In this document: positions 11,630 through 25,192 of the stretch, piece by piece
Numbering within the stretch: the stretch's first letter is position 1
Layout of the letters: each line of letters opens with the position of its first letter
Assembly: GCA_965649825.1 (NCBI GenBank)
Contig: OZ287696.1
Location: 124,001-188,000, forward strand
Origin: Penicillus capitatus
Taxonomy: Eukaryota; Plantae; Chlorophyta
DNA: 64,000 bases
Direction of reading: 5' to 3'
Notes under the pieces: model-generated
Seen by the model: only the letters and a program-made list of their open reading frames with translations
Database searches by the model: none
Told to the model about the DNA's origin: nothing
Made by a program: the position numbers and the translations under genes

Positions 11630-14600
11630 ATGGCAAACCCGTTGCCAAGTGATGACGCGGAATCCTTCGAGCATCAGATTTCGCGCGTTCTGCAAACCTT
11701 CACCGCACAAAACAACGCCAGTGCGTCCAAAATCGCAATCGCGTCATTATACATTTCAGCGAATTCCGTCCGGTAGATCCGGACAAACCGTGGGGATTTT
11801 TGCCGCCTTTTGCCAACGCCGAAAATCGAAAGATCCATGCAGCCATTCTCGTTGGCGATCGCACCTCTCATTTCAAACATAACCTGGTTGTCAGGAACTC
11901 GAAGCGTCCCTCGAGCAACTGGACAGGGATCTCATTGACAATGCCGAGGGAGCGAATGTCTTGAAAAAACACGTCGATACCGTGAAGCAGGACATACAAT
12001 TTGCCAACACTAAAGTGCGGCGTCGCTGTCAAAAGATACATCAATTCCATCCACTCGCCCATGACAGCTCATTGCAAAGAAAAAGGAAGCGGAGACAGAA
12101 GAGCATTTGAGAAAATTGGCTGAACGCGAAACGGTAAACATGGCTGAAGGGAGAAAGTATCAGGGCGTTGTGTCAAGCAGGGTCGCTTAGAGAATGAAAG
12201 GAGTAAGCTGAAAGTGGAACGGTCGCAACTGCAGCAGACGTTGCATCAGCTGCAACTGTCGCTGTTTAAGTCCAACGAGCAGCTCGATGCCTTCAAGCTC
12301 GAGATGAACTTCAACGCCGAGGAACTGGAGAAATGGATCGCACAGCGGGAGAAGCTGGAGGACGACAAGAGGGTTCTGGAAAAGTACAAACGACAAGATG
12401 AAGCGCACGTCAAAGAGCTCAACTTACAGATCGAAGCACTGAACAAACAAACACTTCAGGCGAGCGCACATATATACTACTCAGATGTAGAGGTATAGTG
12501 GAGTGAGTATAGATCAAGAATGAACTGCAACATGAGATCACCGAAACCCAGGCAGTCCAGATGGAACTCGACAAGACGGCCGATGACTTTAGGTGCTCTT
12601 TTCTAAAGGCGTCATATTGAATTTGACGAAGTGAGACAAACAGAGAGGCGCATCATGAGCGACTGGAGCTGATGCGACGATGGGATGAGACGGTGGAAGT
12701 TCTCAAAAAGAGGGACGAGAACATCGATCAGACGAATCAGAAACTGCATGAAAAGTTGGAGCTGGTGAAGAACAAGGAAGCGGAGATAAAGACGTTGGCA
12801 GCTGATCTCGAGTCAACAGCGCAACAGAATACGAAACTGGATGCAGATCTGCAATCCAAAACCCGCGAACTGGCATTCCACCCCTCGCAACAAACACGAT
12901 ATTCGAGTGGTTGATCTCAGGGACTGCTAAGAGAATCTCTACATAAAGAAGAAAAGAGAATGCAGGAAACGCGAGATGAGCTAGATCTTGCACAACATAC
13001 AGAAAAGAAGGCCAACAAAGATCTGTTACAGAAGCAGAAAGAGAATGAAGCCTGCAACGAACAGCTTCATCGTCTGAAGTGCGTTTTGTGATCTTCATGC
13101 AGAAATGCAGCGCCTTTTATTGACAGAACCTCCGTTTCTGCATCTCTGGAGAAGTTTCAGCAGACGAAGTCTCAGGTGGAACAGGAGAGAGGCCGGTTGG
13201 AGAAAATGGAGCTAAGAGATGACGCTTTGCGCCATCGACTCGAAACAGAGCAGCAACAGCTGCAGGATGCGGAGACAGATATTCGGCATCTCAAGCAGGA
13301 ACAGTACAAGAAAGGCCAAATGCTCTTCGAAGAGAAACGCAGAGAAGCTGACTGCATTTCTGGCATTTCCGGCATTGCCGCCCAAGACAGAAACTTGAGA
13401 TGTAAGGTTATGACTTTGGAAGAACAGGTCTATCTCTTTTCTCTTCGTGATCTGGAATTGATGTGACGTCTGCGCAGTTGGTGAAACAAGAAGAGGTTCT
13501 GTACAACATCAACTTCAAGATTGTGATGATGGAGCGCAAAATTGACCGCGCCAAAGGCGTTCGGTCGCATACAGAGACAGAAGAACTGAACCGTTCCATC
13601 GAGAAACTCACCAAAGAGCTGGATCGCGTCAATAGCGAACATGCCATGCTGATAACACAATTCAAAAAAGCCGAGCATCATCTCACACGTGCCGGACGGC
13701 AAAACACACATCTCCTCAAACAGCAAGGTATTTGTTACCCTTCCTACCAAACGTATCAATCAAGACGCGTGATCCGATAGAGAAACTGGAAGAGAGCGTG
13801 AGTGAAATGCAGTTGGAGACAGAGATGCTGCAACGAAGCATTGATCAGCGACGGGAGGAGAGAGAAGAGCTCATGGTGGAACAGGATGTCCTACAGCTGG
13901 AGATTCAGCGTCTCAGACAGCTCTTGAGCGACAAATCTTCAGAAGTGGCCATCCTCGAGCGCAAGAAAGGAATGCTGTGGTGCAGTATCAAAGAAAAGAA
14001 GCGAGAACTCCTGACTCAGCAGGACTGCCTTAAATACGAGCTCAAGAACATCAAAGACGACGTCCATCGCGTTAAGCACGATCTCAATGATCGTCAACAG
14101 AGAGCGGAGAAGCTGAGGATGAAGTATGAGACGATGACATCGAAGAAGGAGTCCGTCTACGACGAGGAGCCAAAATCGCAAGCGTATGAACTCATTCGCG
14201 CTGCCCAAGAGAAAGAGGAGTTGAGAAAGGAAGGCGAACGACTTCAAGGGGAGATTCAACGAGCGGAGCAAGAGGTTTGTCAGCAACTGGCGCCGCATCG
14301 TCATCTCTGCTTGTTACTGTGCAGGTTTCGGGACTGGAAGATGCTCTGGAAGGCCTCGTTGCCTGCAATCATGACTATAGGGACAGTCTGCGTCGTGGAA
14401 GCGGTTCGATGCAGGTAGCTTTGCATGAAGAGCTGAGGGAAGAGATGGATCGTGTGTACGACGATCTGTCTTTTAAACGCTCGGAAGAAACGACCATTCT
14501 CGAAGAGAACCGAACGGCGCACTTGACTCAGAAAGATCTCGAGCAGAAGATCTCGGATCTCACAGCATCTGTCGACATCTGTCTGCAGCAATTGGTAAAG

Positions 14601-15033
14601 ACGACTCTGACAGTGACGTTTCTGTTGAGATGCTGACGGTATTCAGTTGGAAGCGGATCGTCAACTGAAGGAACAGCGGGAGAAAGAAACCAGAGCCAAG
14701 AATCGAGCAAAGCGTCTCCATGCAGAGCTCTTGAACGACAACGAGGCCCGAGCAGAGATGGTGCATCTCTTGGCGGTGCAGGACGTTAATCGAAACGTCC
14801 TGTTGGATATCAAGACGGCCAGTCTCGCACAGGAGGGCTCGGCTTCGTCAGAGATCGTTCGAGATTTGGAAGCTGCGGGAATTTCCATGCCAAATGCGCA
14901 ATCGAATCGTAGTACGCCGCGCAGCACGCCACGCAGCACACGACCCAATTCGACACAAAGCTGTCGCAGTCGTCCGGCAACGAGCTCGTCAGCACAGAGC
15001 GTCTCCATCAAGAACATGCAATTGAATATCTGA
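11630..15033 (+). CDS. CCDC39: Coiled-coil domain-containing protein 39 (FAP59; axonemal 96-nm ruler), multi-exon
   Basis: Spliced motifs FLPPFANAENR, TLHQLQLSLFKSNEQLDAFKLEMNFNAEELEKW, ETQAVQMELDKTADDFR and EVLYNINFKIVMMERKIDRAKGVRS are typical of CCDC39/FAP59. Stop TGA at 15031-15033. Confidence 0.9.
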
Positions 15034-15408
15034 TCTCATAGACAACTATCTTCACTCCACAACGCGAGTCATTTGTGCACGTCTTTTTTCCAATGGTACG
15101 ACATCGATATCTAAAAAGCTGTCGTGGGAAGAAGGAGGAGCATCGAACAGCATTAACTAATGTTTGAGACATTTGCAAGATTTGTGTCTTTTGTTTGGTG
15201 TGTTAGTGGTGAGTCCTTAACAGTGACGTATTGTTTTGAGTGAATCGACGCTCGCGCAGCGACATGGAGTATGACATGATACACGAGATGCCACTACACC
15301 GATGTCGCATTGTCTTGGAGCGTCTGGTTCAAGATACGTATTGTGTGACGTCAGTACTCATGGCATCCATCCCCTCGTTGAGCGCAGCTCCGACTCTCAA
15401 ACTGTCAA

Positions 15409-17435
15409 TCAGCTCCATTCCTGAGGATTCGAATTTGCGAAAAGCGTATAGACGACCAACCCAATGAGCTGGGCGGCAACAATTGGGTAGAAGAGTGATG
15501 TTGCCCAGTTTCCGGTACGATCAAAGAGAAATCCAGCACTCCATACGCCAAGAATACCAGGAAGCGCACCGGCGGTGTTGCTAAGGCCGAGGAGTGCCGA
15601 GGCGAAACGGGGTGAGATGTCCTGGTGATTGCAGTAGAGACCCGCACGCGCCCATGCGCTCAGACCGAATGCCGCTGTCAGCAAGGCCACAATCAACATC
15701 ACATTTCCAGGAGCTAAAAACACAAACGGTGAACAGTGACGCTAGAATGCGTTTGTTTCTACCAGTGGAGGACATGGCTTGTGTGAACCATGCGCAGGCA
15801 GCCATGCAGAGCGCTGGACCAAGGAAAGAGATTCCCTGACAGATCTTACGCACAGACGAGAGAGACATTCCTTTTTCGACCAAAGAATCCGCCGCTGGAC
15901 CAACCTAAGTGTGAGAATGAGTGAGTGAGAAGATGTGTGGTTGTGGTGCAACGACCAGAGGTGTCATCAAAGTCATCGCTAAATAGGGAATCACTGTCAA
16001 AATACTGGAACTCTGAACGTTGAGATGGAGCGCAAGTTCAAAAAATGAAGGCAGCCAAGCCAAAAGGGTATAATAACCCCAATTGAAGCAAAAGTGCGCA
16101 ATAATAATAGCCCAAACGGCCGAAGACTTAACAATCAAACTCCAAGGGACCTGGATAAAAACGCTCAATAAAAGAGGAATCAGAGAGATGACCACTTGTC
16201 GTTTGGATTGTCTATCTTCGTAGAACTTCTGCTTCTGTCTTATTGATTTGCTTCTCCAGCTCGCGGCATCTCTGAGATCTGGTTTCAGAAACGGCCAAAA
16301 GCAGCACCATGCAAATCCAAGAATGGCAAATAGATGAAAAACCGAAGGCCAGCCATACAGTCGAATCAATGGCCCGCACATAAGAAGGCCTACAGTACTC
16401 CCTAGATATCACACATCACCGTCACATCAGGCACTGTCGTAGAAGGCAGGTGCAACCCAGATCCAATCCTCCGAAGACGGCGGACACGGCCCTTGAACGC
16501 TCTGATGTCGGAACCTGTTTTGACAAGACACATGTGGCAGCAGAAGGCGCCAGTCCTTCTGCTAAACCCACCTGCCCATCCAACACGCTTGATCTCACTT
16601 TTTGAACTGTGAGATGTACCAAGACACGGGAAGCGCATAGCGTGAGGAAGCCGATGTGTGCCGCAGACGGTGCCAGAAATGTCCCCAAGGACCACAGTGC
16701 CACCCCCACTAACAGAACTTTCTCGCCGCCCACTCTACACAACATCACACTTTTCACACTTTTCTAGCGCGTGCATATTTACTTCGTTGAGATCCATCCG
16801 GCCGGGATCTGTGTCAAGGTATACCCCCAAAAAAATGCTGACTGAACAATCCCACGACTCGTCGCGCTCCATCCAAGATCCTTTGCCATAGGAATGACAG
16901 CCACAGACATGTTCACCTGTCACATTCGTCACTCTTTCGCACTCTTTTTATCGTATCATCATCTCACCTTGTCCATGTTACAGATCACAAATGCTAAGCC
17001 CATTGCCAAAGTCAACATCCAGCGATGACTCAATACAGCATCTGGCTTCGATTCTATGAACCCAATGGGCAAAGCATCGAGATCTCCTTGCCCGGCAAAC
17101 TCCCGAGGCTGGTGGTGATCCTTCGGGACATCCGGTGGTGTATCTGATGATAAAAAACTACTGGGTGCGGTGAACGAGGTCGTATCTTGTGCCGGGAGGG
17201 GCACCGCTCCATGTGGATCCTTAAAAGAGGAAAAAGGGACAGCTCTTCTATATCGTGCCTCTCGAACGGTCCGCGCAAAACGCGAGGCGTTGCTGGACGG
17301 ACTGTTGAGAGACACAACAATACCGCAGACGCGAGAGAGAGGCCCAGTGCGCGGCTGTTGTGCCTTTCCACTGGCACGGCGTCCAGACAAGCGCATCCCA
17401 AATCTACACAATGGCTCATTTGCACTGTCATTCAT
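15409..17435 (-). CDS. PHT4: Plastid anion/phosphate transporter, PHT4 (SLC17/ANTR, MFS) family, multi-exon
   Basis: LAFVICNMDKVNMSVAVIPM, IVQSAFFWGYTLTQIPAG, AHFCFNWGYYTLLAWLPSFF and GLYCNHQDISPRFASALLGLSNTAGALPG, preceded by a long transit-peptide-like N-terminus. The start could instead be the ATG at 17396. Confidence 0.88.
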
Positions 17436-17727
17436 ACGAGATGCTCAGCGCAACGACCACGCTCAGCCTGTCGCTCCTCGTCCAGCGTCCATGCCATGTA
17501 AAGCCAATTTGTCTCTGCCTTTTCGATCGACTTCGACAGGTGGCATCGCTAACGGGCGGTAGAGGAGCGGGCGCGAAGCTGCGTTGCTCGTCGAAGGAGA
17601 ATTTTGTGGAGAGGATCCAAGAGAGGTCTGTCATACACGTCTATGAAACACATTTACGAAAGAGCAGTTGTTTGACCATAGGTTGCAGAGAGAGCTGCTC
17701 AGTCATGTGGACATCGAACCAAAAATG

Positions 17728-18670
17728 AAATCTTCGTCATCCTCATCATCTCCTCAACAAGAGCAGATCCGAAGAGCTGAGCGTTTTGTTCTGGATGGAT
17801 GGTCTTCGACGTCCTTTCATGCCACTGGTGTTCTCGTGGCGTTTCTGCTGGCCGTTATGATGATTCTGAACAGTCCGGTGTCAATCTCACACATGTGAGA
17901 GGGCTGAATTCTTGCAGCATTTCTTTACAAAAGAGAAGAAAACGATGTGCGTCATGCACATCTTTGTATCGTTAAGAATCGTCGTTATGAAGAATGATTT
18001 GCGCATCTTGTTTTCAGTCGTGCTTCGGGACGATGTACTGGTCGATCGCCATGTTCGTTCGTTCTTTCAGTAAATCGATCAGTTCGAACGGGTGAAGGTG
18101 CTCTTCTTCAAAAACTTTGTATCTTCTTCGCCATCCATGCACAATAGCAGCACAGATATGTAGGTCTCCAACATTTCGAGTGATGCAAACGTTATCTCTG
18201 ATAAAAGTGAGAACATAAGATTCCGCAGATGCTGACAGAGTTCTGGATTCGAACGCAGTGGACCTTCTTCCTCTTTACAGCAGCATTCGCAATGCCAGTC
18301 ACATCATGAACAGCATTCACTTGTTTGATGGGAGGATGAGACTTCACGACAAGTGGCCTCCAAGTTCGATAGCTTGACATCGACCATGACCACAGTTGAT
18401 CTTTCTGGATCAACCGGCCACTGCGAACCCTGTCTCTTCACCGCCTTCCATTCCTCCGGCCAGAGCCGTTCTTCCTGCAAACTTAGATGTCCAATATCCA
18501 CCATCGAAGAAAGCAACGACGTGAACAAGTACAACTGCCGTATTTCTCTCGAAGATGATTAAAGCCTCTCGGAGCAGCCAATGAGTATGACGTTCAGCTC
18601 TCAGGTGCCGTGCGCACAAAGGAATGAGACAATACTTTTGTCTGTCAACGCAAGTGCCAGTGCACGATCC
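17728..18670 (-). pseudogene. Duplicated NUP107 3' portion with a ~1-kb internal deletion
   Basis: Aligns directly to 40575-40950 and 41920-42500, joined at an ATCTTCG microhomology near 18125. Contains stops and frameshifts. Confidence 0.85.
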
Positions 18671-21600
18671 AATTGCATGAAACCGTGTACAATGGTTCAG
18701 AAATAACCCACACGATCGAAAGTCCGACTCGTGTGGGAAGAGTTTTTCTGTTCAATAGTGGCAAATATGTCGTCGTCCTTGATGATCGTCCTCGGAGGAG
18801 GTTGAACAAGGCGATCCTTAGTCCTCCTTGTCCGCCGGTGTTGCCAATGGTAATCGTGGTGGTCGATGCTGTGTGGGAACTGTTTATGAAAAACGATGTG
18901 CACAAGCAGGCCGAATCATCGGCGACGAAGTTTGAAGTGTTTGAAGAATGCGATATACAAGAAAGCATTTCCATGTCTGTCATGGAAAATGGAGATCCTG
19001 TCCTTAAGAGGAGAGACCAAGATCTGGGGAGATTTTTCTGGAATACTCATCACTCTGGAGGGTGTAACAGGCCGAGCGTTCTTCTGTTCCTAGATCTCGT
19101 TGAGCAATGTGTCGTTGAACGCCATTTGTTTTGAAAAGCCTGCTGTATAAAACATCTCGAGGGCGTTCATACTGTTAAGCGCACAGAACTCGCCTTGCAC
19201 CGATTCGTTCGTTTATGGATGGCCACCTCACAGAGATGTCAGAACTCGCACTTCAGTTTTTCAGCGTTCGGGAGGCAAGCGTGCAGAAGACGTTCTTGTA
19301 AGCACCGTTGTCATGCTGTTCCGACCGAAGGTCTTCATCTGACGTGCAGCGAACACTAACAGCGGCTGCCGCGGATTCCATTGTCTGTGGAGATAGACAC
19401 GGTTACACGGGCACGTGCCTCTTTCGGACAGCGAGAAGGTTCCGAGCCGCGCGGAACCGCGAACGCGCCGCGTGTCTCGTCATCTTCGACAACCGCGGCC
19501 TCGAATCGCGTTCTCGAGTTCTCGCGTTCTCGCTTACGACGAACTGTTTGCGAAGCGTTGTTGTTTTCTGTTTTTTAAAATGGAAGACGGTCGACCGCAA
19601 ACCGATGAACGCGCGCAAGCAGGACGGGCACTTGCTGCAGCGCCGGACGGACGCGCATCCGCCCAGGAACAGCGCAACGTCGACGACGCCTTGGGCTATC
19701 GATAGAGTCTTCGAAAGTGCGTTCGCCGTTGCCCTTTTCAAAATGCTCGATGCGATTCGTGTCTCTAGGTTCAGAAACGGACTCGACGCGTGGGAGCGAG
19801 CTCCGAAGGAGGCGGAGATAGAACTCGACTTGGACAACGACGCTTTGGCCGAAAAGGCCGATCACCTGAGCAGGAATTACGTTCGCTCGTGCCCTCGAAT
19901 AACCTGTCATGGTTCTGTGCGTACAGGGAGAGGCACCTCGCATCCGGGAAAGAACGGCTGTCGAAGGAGAAGGCGGAGTTCTTCGCGTTGCGCGACGAAC
20001 AAGAGAAGGAGCTGGATGCAGAAGAAGAGGGTATCCGCGCCCTCGGATCCTCGCTGCTGCAGAGGGAACACGGGATCTGGGGAAGGTAAGCTCTCTCAAC
20101 GCCTCGCTGGGAATCTTGACAGCGACGTGTCTGTAGGCGTGCCGTACTCGATGGCCGCGAGGAGGATTTGGTATCTCGCGAGGGGGTTCTTCGACGCACC
20201 GATCCCCTCGAGGTGCAAAGAGCCGAGTTCGACTGGAGGAAAGACTTCCTCCTTGACCGCGAAGAAGACATCGGCACCCGGAGGACAGTACTGGCGGCAA
20301 GGAAGGAAGCCACCGAGGCCGAGACTGCTCGCGTCATCCGTGCGACGGGCGCAGAACAGGAGGAAATCGCACGGAATAATGCAACAGTGGACAGAGAGTG
20401 AGCACTGCTTTTGCATGTTTCGATACTCAGACTGCGTGTTCGCGCAGAAAGGCCGACCTCCATGATACACATCACAGATCATCGGAGAAACTGGAGAGGT
20501 ATTCGGATCTGCTGCTTTTGATGCGCCATCGAGTGTTCGGATCGCTGCCTAGGCGTGCTTCGGAACTACAGGAGCGTGAAAAACGCGTTCAGTCGATCGA
20601 AGACACGGTGCTCAAGAAGCAGGCACGCTGGATGCAGTTCGAGGAGCTGATGGAGTTCGAGATAACGAAGGTGGACGAGGCTGGCAGGCTGTGCGACACT
20701 CCAGAAGATCCGCGTCGCCGTCAGTGCCCAACACCAGACCCCCACGGACGTACCACACAGATTTTGGGCTCTGGGGCGGGACCTTCTGCAGTCGAAAGGA
20801 GAGTCGAAGCTTCCATGGACGTCGATTCCGGCAGACGGTCCAGACGCCGCTCCAGAATCGCAAGGAGAACATCGAAACGGATTGCGGCATCCGTTTCCAA
20901 GAGAAAGATCTCGCCAGAAGCCCTGGAACAGAGTGAAACGGAGCGGACTGACTCGAGACAGGCTAAAAAGGTAACGTCGTGACCTCAACATAATCTCAGA
21001 CTGTTCTCAGTGCGCTTTGTAGATGCGTTCCAATGCCACAGAAGATGCGAATTCCAGTGGACAACAACAGTGGCCAGCAACACTGAGACGCACGAGGAGG
21101 CAGAGGTCCTCGAGGAGGGACGGGCGAGACTTGAAGTGGCCAGGAGAGAAGAAGGGGGATCTGGATTTTCTACACAATCGACAATCTCGGCACCTTTTTG
21201 AACTCTGTGTTTGTTTTGGACTGACTGTTTAGTTCTCTTTCTTCGTTTTTTAGTTCGATGTTTAGTCCAAGTGCGTCTCTTTGACCTATCGCGTTTCTTG
21301 GCCCTTCGAGAAGTTGTCTGCGCTAAATCTGTCATCCGTACGCTCGCACCTTTGGTGTGTGTCCGCATCGAGTGGCGGATGTGGGATGAGGAGATGTCGC
21401 TATCCTCTCCATCCCGATGTCCAAGACCAGATCGTCGACAAGGAAGAACTCGGATCTGCTGAAACAAGAAGACTCTGGGTTCGGATGCATGGATTCTGGA
21501 ATTTGAATGTCCGGCCGAAGTATTCTCTGTTTCTGTTCTGTTAACTCTGGAGTAGAGGAGCTGTTGTGGTGGTGTTTAGCACGCACAGACTGCATTGAAT

Positions 21601-22234
21601 AGCAGCCGCAAGTGCAGCGAAAAGTACAAAGTGGATTCGTAGATACCGTTGTCTCTGTGTCAAACAAAAAAGAAGGCAGTCTCTTTGTCACAGTGCCGAG
21701 AGCAATCATCTCTGCCAGGTAGGCAATGTTTTCACTGTCGCCGACCTCCGTGTTAGAATGCGCTGGCTATCTGCCGGACGAACCACCAACAATGTCATGT
21801 TCAAAGGTAAAACTCGCGATACCCAAAGAAAGAGATTACACGAGCAGACAAGCAGATGAAGGAGTCGCGCTCCTCTGGCACGCCCTAGATGTCGTTGAAT
21901 ATTTAAGGGGCGAAGCCGATCGGGCAGCCTCGTTAAGGGCTAAGGCTGTTGGGAGAGTGCAACAGAATCTGTCATTGCGGAAGGGCACCTCCAACGTATC
22001 GCACCTGTCTATCAATCACCCCATCTAGAAAAAGCGAGCGCATGAGTTCGTAGATCTTCCCTCATGGAAAGCGGACTTCAGAAACGCAAAGATTCACGCA
22101 AAGACAAATTCGTGACCGCCCTTTTCGCCGAAGTATTGCGCCAATTCGTTGACACCGGCCGAGCACTAAAGTTAATGATGGGTTCTTCTGCCACAATGAA
22201 ATGGTACTTCTCCAAATCGACAGAAAAAGGCCAG
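18279..22234 (-). repeat. Right arm of the ~4-kb inverted segmental duplication (partner 5579-9600)
   Basis: See the left arm. No target-site duplication is visible outside the arms. Confidence 0.92.
19580..20982 (+). pseudogene. Multi-exon coiled-coil protein gene, disrupted copy B
   Basis: ATG at 19580, with a premature TAG at 19703-19705 where copy A has GAG. Later exons are in frame (REEDLVSREGVLRR..., ELQEREKRVQSIEDTVLKKQARW...). Confidence 0.55.
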
Positions 22235-22539
22235 AGAGGTATCTGTAGGTAAGGAGGACTGACCAAATGGCTGCTGATCGAAAAGTTATCATACCCCCCA
22301 GCGACTCTAATATCAAGGGATCGCCGAGTCCCACAGCAAAACTCGCTTCCTTGAAACAATCTATTCGATAACCCGTTCATATCGGCGATCCCTCGGGATC
22401 GGCTCAAATGTCAAGCAATCACACAAAAGAAAAAGGTCTACGTATCTCAGAGAATCACGATGCACTATCCATGCTGCGCAGTTCAGCTAAACAGTTTTGT
22501 TTGAACGCCGACCAGAGTATCCATCTTGATTTACTCCTG

Positions 22540-23912
22540 AATTTGCGCAGATGCTTCCTGACACAATAGAGATGACGCATGGTGCATAGAACAGCACAGA
22601 ACCTCACGTGTGCTTATGCCTCGCGACGCATTTCCTATCGAACTGACAGGTCGAGCATCGCCCAAAGTGGGGACTGTCCTCTTCAGTGGCACTTTCCACC
22701 AGCTTCTGCCAAGTAGGGACATCTCATTTCCTGCTGATCGTTAGGTGGACTCAGCTTCTTGCAGGTGTCGTAGCGATAGCAGGGTGCTCTGTTGACTTTA
22801 CCGCTCGAAGGATCGAGACGGAAGATGCGACATCTTGCGCGACTCCTTGCAGAGCAGAACTGCCGATGTTATCGCCGAGACGAGGATTGATGAGCACCAT
22901 TTGGTTGCCATCCTTCTCGATCTTCTCGACCCAACCCTGAAAACGTCACATCGTCTCACTTATTTGCGTACATGAGACTCGCCATTTCTTTGAGATCCGC
23001 CACAACGGCGCGCTTCACGATGTTCTTTGGAGCTATGCGTAAATGTTAAAAGCAAACGTCGTCGACTTCGGACGCCGGGCCTCGCCGAACTGCGCAAATC
23101 CCTTCGTGTCATCACAGTCCATTACTTCCATGATCCTTCTCACGCTTACAAGTGACATAGGCAATCCCTGAGATCTTCCATGTGGGTCCAAGGACGGCGA
23201 GAAGACGTGTGGGTACTTGGAAAACGCTTTCGCCCATGGACTGCTGTACGCAGACCTTGACAGTGGCGCCATCCTCCGTCAGCGAACGGGCCACTGTCCA
23301 CACCATCTCTAGCAACGTCCCCACTCGATAGACACCCATTTCGGAATTCGTCTCCTGAATCTTCAGACTGTACGTATAGAGACACTGTTACTCCGATCTC
23401 CTTAGGGAGTCGTCTACTGAAAGGATAGTCGCGATGGGCTGTCGGCTGAAGCGGCAAGGACACCGCGTGTATGTGTCTCTAGGAATGGCATGAAACGGCA
23501 TCGATCCCCTCTACACGGTGAAGACACTTAAGAACCATTCAAGGTCCCCTTCCCTCGACTGAAGTAGGGAATCGTTTCTGCCTTCATGACAATGACAGAT
23601 TTGGGATCGAAATGAACAAAGCGAGGATGTATCCGTCGAGGTTGCAGATAGATGATTCGACAGTCCTGTAGCGAGTGCCAATCATAGCTACGATCTCGAG
23701 AAGTTTGGCGTTTGGCAGGCACCGAGTGCTTTCCCCGCTGTTCGCTCTTGAGAGTGGATCACGTCTCGTTTGTCAAAACCTTGTCGTTCTATATCACATT
23801 GACAATCAGAAGAACCAGTGGCTGACGCACGCATACGAGGTAATGGTGAGTTGCTGAATAAAGGCCTCACAGCTTTTGCTGCTCCCGCAATCTTCCTGGA
23901 AGTCAAGTGCAT
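22540..23912 (-). pseudogene. Plastid DUF1995-domain protein (like the C-terminal domain of chloroplast adenylate kinase 5), degenerate
   Basis: Fragments ETNSEMGVYRVGTLLEMV, DGATVKVCVQQSMGE, GLPMSLVSVRRIMEVMD, IAPKNIVKRAVVADLKEM and MVLINPRLGD recall DUF1995 motifs. Transit-peptide-like start MHLTSRKIAGAAKAVRPLF. Frame breaks are present. Confidence 0.65.
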
Positions 23913-25103
23913 CGTCGATCGACGCTGTGACTGCTCTTCCTCGTTTCCGTGCCTGCTCGAGAGACAGGGTCACTCATTGGATAGCTGCGTGAATTCCGGC
24001 TAGTCAGCATCGCAGTCACTCTGTTCGCCGCTGCTCAGGTAACTTCGAGGCGAATCTGGCAGCGCAGCTATGCAGTATCCGAGCAGAAGTCTGAGAAGGG
24101 AGTGAATGCTCCTGGCCCTTTCGAAGGCAGGCAGAAGTGGAGAACCCCTTCCCATTCTTCGTGCGAGCGCCATTCGCTTGCCGCTGTCTACATCGATTCC
24201 AGTTTTTCTGTCCACCAAACTTCGCCAAAATCCGAGCCCAAGTGCCAGACACGAGACGCACTCTCGGCGGCACGCAGATCGAGGCGAACATGACTTGGAA
24301 GCGCGACCGTCTTGCGTCGCTGATTCGGAGTCCAACGACGCGGAAGGACGCGTGTTTCGTGGCGTCTGGGAGGAAGCCGAAGACGGCACGCGTCTGCTGC
24401 ACAGGTGCTGTTCTGTCCAGTCCTCGACGTATCAGCGACCTTCCAGCGAAGCCCCTTAACCGTTATCCCAATAGCCAATCACCGACCCGAGCCTCTGTCC
24501 CTGGGCAACTATTTCGAATGCGGTCTTCGAGATGGGCGCCTCGTCGCGAGGACGCAGAAAAACTCGAAGGCATCGGGTTGGCGAGGCAAATGCGGATCGC
24601 CTAGGCGCGAACGGCGCACCGCCCCCTTCCGACAACCGTTCAACCGAACCGTCAGAAACCATCGCCTTGGAGAAACCGCGTGCGGAGACTGTGGCGTTGG
24701 AGTGTCTGGTCGGTCAATTGTTCTCCGAGCGAGACAGCACTAAGCGTCAAAACACGTCAGGCAGTTCCCGCTGCGACCGCCTCGTCTGGTTTTCGGCGTC
24801 GTCCCCGGCGACCAGAGACGCTCAGAGAGATGGAGGTTAGAAGGAGACGTGCGATGCCTGACGCTCATCACATGGCTTTGGCTCAAGTCTGTGCAGCATT
24901 TTAGGCGACGGGTGAGCTTCATGCAGCCGACCGACGGCGCTTGCTGATCGCTTGCCTAGACAGGGCCAGGCGGTTGCGAGTTCAGCTCTGAAGTTCCATG
25001 CGTGGCGCTTCGCGTAAGAGACGCCTGCACCTGAGAGCCGCTGTTGGTGTACCGATTTGGATTCTGGTATAACCTTCGCGTGCTATTCTGGCGGCAAAGG
25101 CAC

Positions 25104-25111
25104 TATATAAA
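25104..25111 (+). promoter_or_regulatory. Candidate TATA box
   Basis: TATATAAA ~82 nt upstream of the ATG at 25193; conserved in copy 2. Confidence 0.55.
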
Positions 25112-25192
25112 CGAAGCCATTCTGTTCCTCGTCGCCCATTCTGCCTCTTACTTCTTTCAGCGACCTTCACTTGCAGCAAGAACATTATCAAC

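Noticed and set aside
5579-22234. Giant TIR/foldback transposon or Polinton
   Set aside because: No TSD outside the arms, no transposase, integrase or polB, and the arms consist of host-gene fragments.
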